A DNA stretch of 56,202 nt, the filler included, from Blastocystis sp. subtype 4 (taxonomy: Eukaryota): the NCBI RefSeq assembly GCF_000743755.1. It is 2 parts of 2 records of this genome, joined end to end, with 100 filler letters (N's around TTAATTAATTAA, not from the genome) between each part and the next. Parts side by side here need not be neighbours in the genome. Positions count along the whole stretch, not along the records: positions 28,157 to 56,202 come from NW_014569412.1; 1 more part is not named here. One strand, given 5' to 3'. Numbering within the stretch: position 1 is the stretch's first letter; each line of letters begins with the position of its first letter. The translations under genes and the position numbers were made by a program. Under the pieces are notes generated by a model, which ran no database searches, was not told the DNA's origin, and saw only the letters and a list, made by a program, of their open reading frames with translations. Shown piece after piece: positions 52,301 through 56,202 of the stretch.

Positions 52301-55300
52301 AGAAGAATGATACATTGGAAGAATGTATGCTTGATGCTACAATTCTTCAGGCTTATGAGCTAGTAAAGACTCCAGATGCTAGTTTATCTTTCCTTAAATC
52401 TGCAGGGAGTTTCATTGGGAGTTTCACACTTCAACGAGATCGTGTGTTACCTCTTCGGAAGCTAAATTTGAATCGATTTCTGGATGAATGTTTGTCTGAT
52501 GGTAGTTTGAAGAATTGTCTGCCATTTGTCACCCAAGTCATGCGATCTTGCATGTCTTCAAAGGTTCTTTGTAACTATCATCAGCCATGGGTTCATTCAA
52601 TTCTAGTTAAGCTTATCTCAATAGAAGAAGATTCTACTATACCAAGTACCATCAAGTCACGTCATATTGCAAATATGCTGGATGTATTTGAATTACATGG
52701 GGAAGTTTTAGATGGGTTGAAGAAAGAAGCTCTTGCTCTTCAAACACCTGTCTCTGCTTCTCCTTCACTTACATTCATTAAATCAGTTCCTTCCTATCCT
52801 TCTTCTTCCATTCGTCCTGGTATCATGTCATCACTCCAACCAACTCAATCAGCTCCAGGATTGGGACCTGGTTCCGTCCCCTCGACACCTGTCATGTCTC
52901 TTCAACCATCATTATCTCTTCAGAATACGGGTTACATTCGGCCTACTTCACTATCTCCTCTTCAGCCATCAGTTGATCTCAAAATTAGTGATACTTCATT
53001 CGCCATATTTCAGGACTGTTTTTTCCATGTTCTTGGTACTTCGCTCTCCATTCAACAGCGTATGGCAGTCCAGAATCTCATTCTCTCTCATTTTCATCAG
53101 TTGCAACAGAATGAACTGCCTTCTCTATTACGTGCTCTGCTTGTTAATGTTCCAGAGCGTCGTGAGCAGCGGACGGCAGTGATCAATTCAGCTGTAGAGG
53201 AGATGCTGTCACCTCAGTATGACTTGTTACGTCGATCCTTTGCTACGATTTATCCTCAACTCGATGTATCTCTCTGTCTGGCTGCTTACAGTGCAGCTGT
53301 CAAACAAACGATCCTTCGACAAGTCGAGTTGATTGCATTTAAGAGTGGTGATAATGTCTTGAGTACGATCAGTGAACTGAATACTCAGTCTGCATTATGG
53401 AACACACAACGTCATGATTCTGTTTCATTTACTGACATTTTGTGGCAACTTGTTACTCGCACAACTAATATGATTGCATATTACATGAAGACTGGTCAGA
53501 GTGCTCTTTCTCCCGTAATCAAATCAGCTTGTCAACACTTCGTACTTGAAGTATCATCAGTTTTGACTTCACAACCTTTGAAAACAGATTCAATGGATCT
53601 CCGATATGCCTTCCTACTAGACTTCCTCACTCGGGTTCTGACCGAGTCTCCGGATCCATCCATGGTACCTCGTCAAACTCTCACTCCATATATCTTATCT
53701 GCATACGATCAGGCACTGGGAGTCTCTTCCATGGTGGCCCTTGAAGCTGCACTGAAGCGCTGTCTCATGAAGCCCGAAGCTCGTTTAAATGTGCTCTTCT
53801 TGGGCCGTCTGGTGAACGATCAGTTACTTCCTGTCAAGGTTCTGGATGAAGGACTAACTGCGGTGTTGACTGCTACACCTGCTGAGGTTCTTGAGGGAAG
53901 TAATGTTGTGATAACTATCACAAACATCATTCAACAACTAATGATCACACGACATCGTCTCTTCACGAATCAACTCCCTTCAACCATTCGCAAGGCAGCC
54001 GAAGTCACAGCGACTGCTTCTGAGAATACTCCTCGGTTACTCGAGTTGAAAATGGTCTTATTGAGATTGCAGAGGCGATATGAAGTGTTGGTTCAAGAAA
54101 CGGCTTATTTATCAAAGTTCTCATCGGTGTTACGAGCGTGGTTGGATTTATGTTCCTCGCAGAACAATGCACCAAGTGAAGAGCCAACAGTGGCATTCAT
54201 TGTAGCTCTGAAACGGAAGGGATTATTGCAATCGGAGACACAAACAGTCATAGTGTTACGTCTTCTCTTTTTATCTGCTCTGGATATGAACACTGAGAAT
54301 ACTGTACCTCCGAATGTGGCATCAGAGGTCCAAAATACAATGGAATCATTCACTCCAATCCATGGTTTCGCTGCTCTGGCAATTGCTCTCTTTCAGTACA
54401 CTGATCCCAGCAGCAAAAGCTCACTGTTACTCTGCATTCTAACTGGGATCGCTTCAGTATTGACTGAGGAACAGAAGAATGGAAATATCCGAGCTTTGAC
54501 TCCAACACTTCTTCTTCTTACTCAAATCCAGCAAACAATCCTCGAACCATTCCTATCCCAACTCCTTCCTAATGATGATTCGGCTCCAGATCCAGTGATG
54601 GTGGCTCAGGTTACTGACCTTGTTCGTGTCTTCCTTTACGGCCTTCAACTGATGCAACCTTCCATTCTTCCTTCGTTTGCTTATGTCTGGATCACCTCTT
54701 TCTCGTACTCAACTCTTATACGTCTGGTTCACACTCTTTCTGACACTATTGCCAACAATCAGTATCGTGATTTGTTGCTAGGATATGTTCGTTTCCTCTC
54801 CGGTTTGATGAATCTCGAAACAGTTCCGGAAGCACTCGAACTTCACTTCAAGTCACTCACAACACTCCTCTTACAGTTGCATTCCATATGGCCTGATCTC
54901 CTTTCCTCCAACTACGGAGATCTCTGTCTGCTTATTCCTTCACGATATCTTCAACTCCGGAATATCATCTGTTCTGCGGTCCCCGCGGGAATTACTATGT
55001 TTTCACCACGGGAAGCAATGAGTGATCGAATGACAAAGTGTCTAAATGAACCTACGAAGGATACCTGGGACACTTCTACTATTCTTTCTGGACTTAATCT
55101 CACAGAACAATTTGCTGCCTATCGTGCATCAGCCAATCCTGTGTTTATGAATGATTTAGCTAGGAATCTCCCTTCTTTACCCAAGGCTGAGATGGTATAT
55201 GCTCTTCTCTATGAGGTGGCTGCTGCCACGTATTTGCGGTCATATCCTGATGACAAACCGAATTCTCGGAAGAATTTTCCTGTTGATTTCTATACGCAGT

Positions 55301-55609
55301 TGCTGAAGCAGCTGCAACCTCAGTTACGACCCAGCATTGTGATGTCTTTGCTGGATCATGTTCGCTATCCGTCCTTTGATACCTATACGTTCTGCATGTT
55401 AATGAAAACGCTGATGGGCCATGATTACAATGATGCTGTGTTTGCATGCATTTGTGAACGGATGTTGGTTCCGGGTCCCAAGCCATGGGGACTGGAATTC
55501 TTGTTTTCGCAGCTTGTGAATAGCGATCCAGAGGGAATTCGGAAATTGAATTGTTACAATACCAACCCTCGTGTAATTGAACTGTTCAATCAATATTACT
55601 CTTCGAAAT
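49328..55609 (+). CDS. CNOT1: CCR4-NOT scaffold subunit NOT1 (stop predicted to be completed by poly(A))
   Basis: LKSAGSFIGSFTL (MIF4G region), QPSILPSFAYVW, QLRNIICSA, RYPSFDT, ERMLVPGPKPWGL; ends YYSSK + T at 55609. Confidence 0.85.
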
Positions 55610-55613
55610 TGTG

Positions 55614-55621
55614 TGTTTGTT
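55614..55621 (+). terminator. 3'-end element TGTTTGTT
   Basis: Exact motif 5 nt downstream of the in-frame T at 55609. Confidence 0.8.
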
Positions 55622-55664
55622 GTATTAATCCTTTCAAACACAAAACAACAAGAGAAAAAAGAAA

Positions 55665-55738
55665 CTCTCCCAGACGGGCTTGAACCGTCGACCTTGCGGT
55701 TAACAGCCGCACGCTCTAACCAACTGAGCTATGGAAGA
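55665..55738 (-). tRNA. tRNA-Asn (GTT)
   Basis: Exact reverse complement of 40107..40180, followed by TTTCTTTTTT. Confidence 0.97.
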
Positions 55739-55863
55739 TGCATTAAAGTAGAGTGTGTGTTGGCTATGACCATAAGTAATATTGGCTATAGTTTCCATTT
55801 TGAGAGAAGTTAAAGAGTAATCCTTTTAAGATCCAATTTTTAAACAAACAGAACACATACAAC

Positions 55864-56202
55864 TTAAAGAGCTCTCATGACAGACGTTTCTCCACACTCG
55901 CACTCACACCTTCCTTCTACAGAGAAGCACTCACACATCTTCGTGTTCCATAGGCCCTTACTGACAAACTTTGTATCACATCGCTGGAATCCAGTTTCGA
56001 AGTAATAGTTACTCACCTCCTTTTCCAATGGAGTTGATCCATTCACAAAGGCATTCGTATCCACATTCAGGATGTAACTCTGGTTCGACTGTAATCCTCC
56101 TTCCAATCGAATCTCACAAGTTGTCTGTAAGCAATGAATCTGGTCACTAGGAACCAGAATCAACTCATTGTCGCCACTCAACAAGGTCACAGCACCTTCA
56201 CT
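55864..56202 (-). CDS. 3' end of a protein with an Ig-like (Big_5-like) fold and Cys-rich tail, partial
   Basis: LQSNQSYILNVDTNAF and YYFETG pattern, then CECFSVEGRCECECG; runs off the window. Confidence 0.5.
   Translation of the reverse strand, partial: SEGAVTLLSGDNELILVPSDQIHCLQTTCEIRLEGGLQSNQSYILNVDTNAFVNGSTPLEKEVSNYYFETGFQRCDTKFVSKGLWNTKMCECFSVEGRCECECGETSVMRAL

Noticed and set aside
52733..55641. Nested and antisense ORFs within NOT1, and similar ones in the HECT and AAA genes
   Set aside because: Shadow frames of long exons with no recognisable motifs
55577..55813. ORF spanning the tRNA, and ORF 40133..40426
   Set aside because: Translations of tRNA or antisense sequence with no coding features

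Overview
Eukaryotic nuclear DNA, gene-dense and AT-leaning, with about 30 protein-coding genes interrupted by very short (mostly 25-34 nt) spliceosomal introns, two identical tRNA-Asn(GTT) genes and one assembly gap. The ~30-nt introns, a TGTTTGTT-type element at gene 3' ends, genes whose frame has no stop before that element and a SAR-type Rab1A together point to Blastocystis (anaerobic stramenopile); this is an inference, not a database match. The supplied ORF track fragments most genes, so models were spliced by eye and internal boundaries are approximate. At least six genes (NUDT22-like copy 2, a SAP30-PHD gene, a TMBIM gene, an RBBP4-like gene, RRN3, NOT1) end in a lone in-frame T exactly 5 nt before the element, so UAA would be completed by poly(A), a phenomenon already described for Blastocystis. 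Less familiar highlights: a single gene joining a SAP30 Sin3-binding domain to an ING-type PHD finger; a Pfmap-2-like MAP kinase with a TQH activation motif, a predicted C-terminal CaaX (CLIM) and a possible 4-nt microexon; two GC-AG mini-introns; co-oriented genes separated by only ~30 nt; a complex I B14.5b/NDUFC2-like fragment at the gap; and an 84-bp perfect inverted repeat formed by the tRNA genes.
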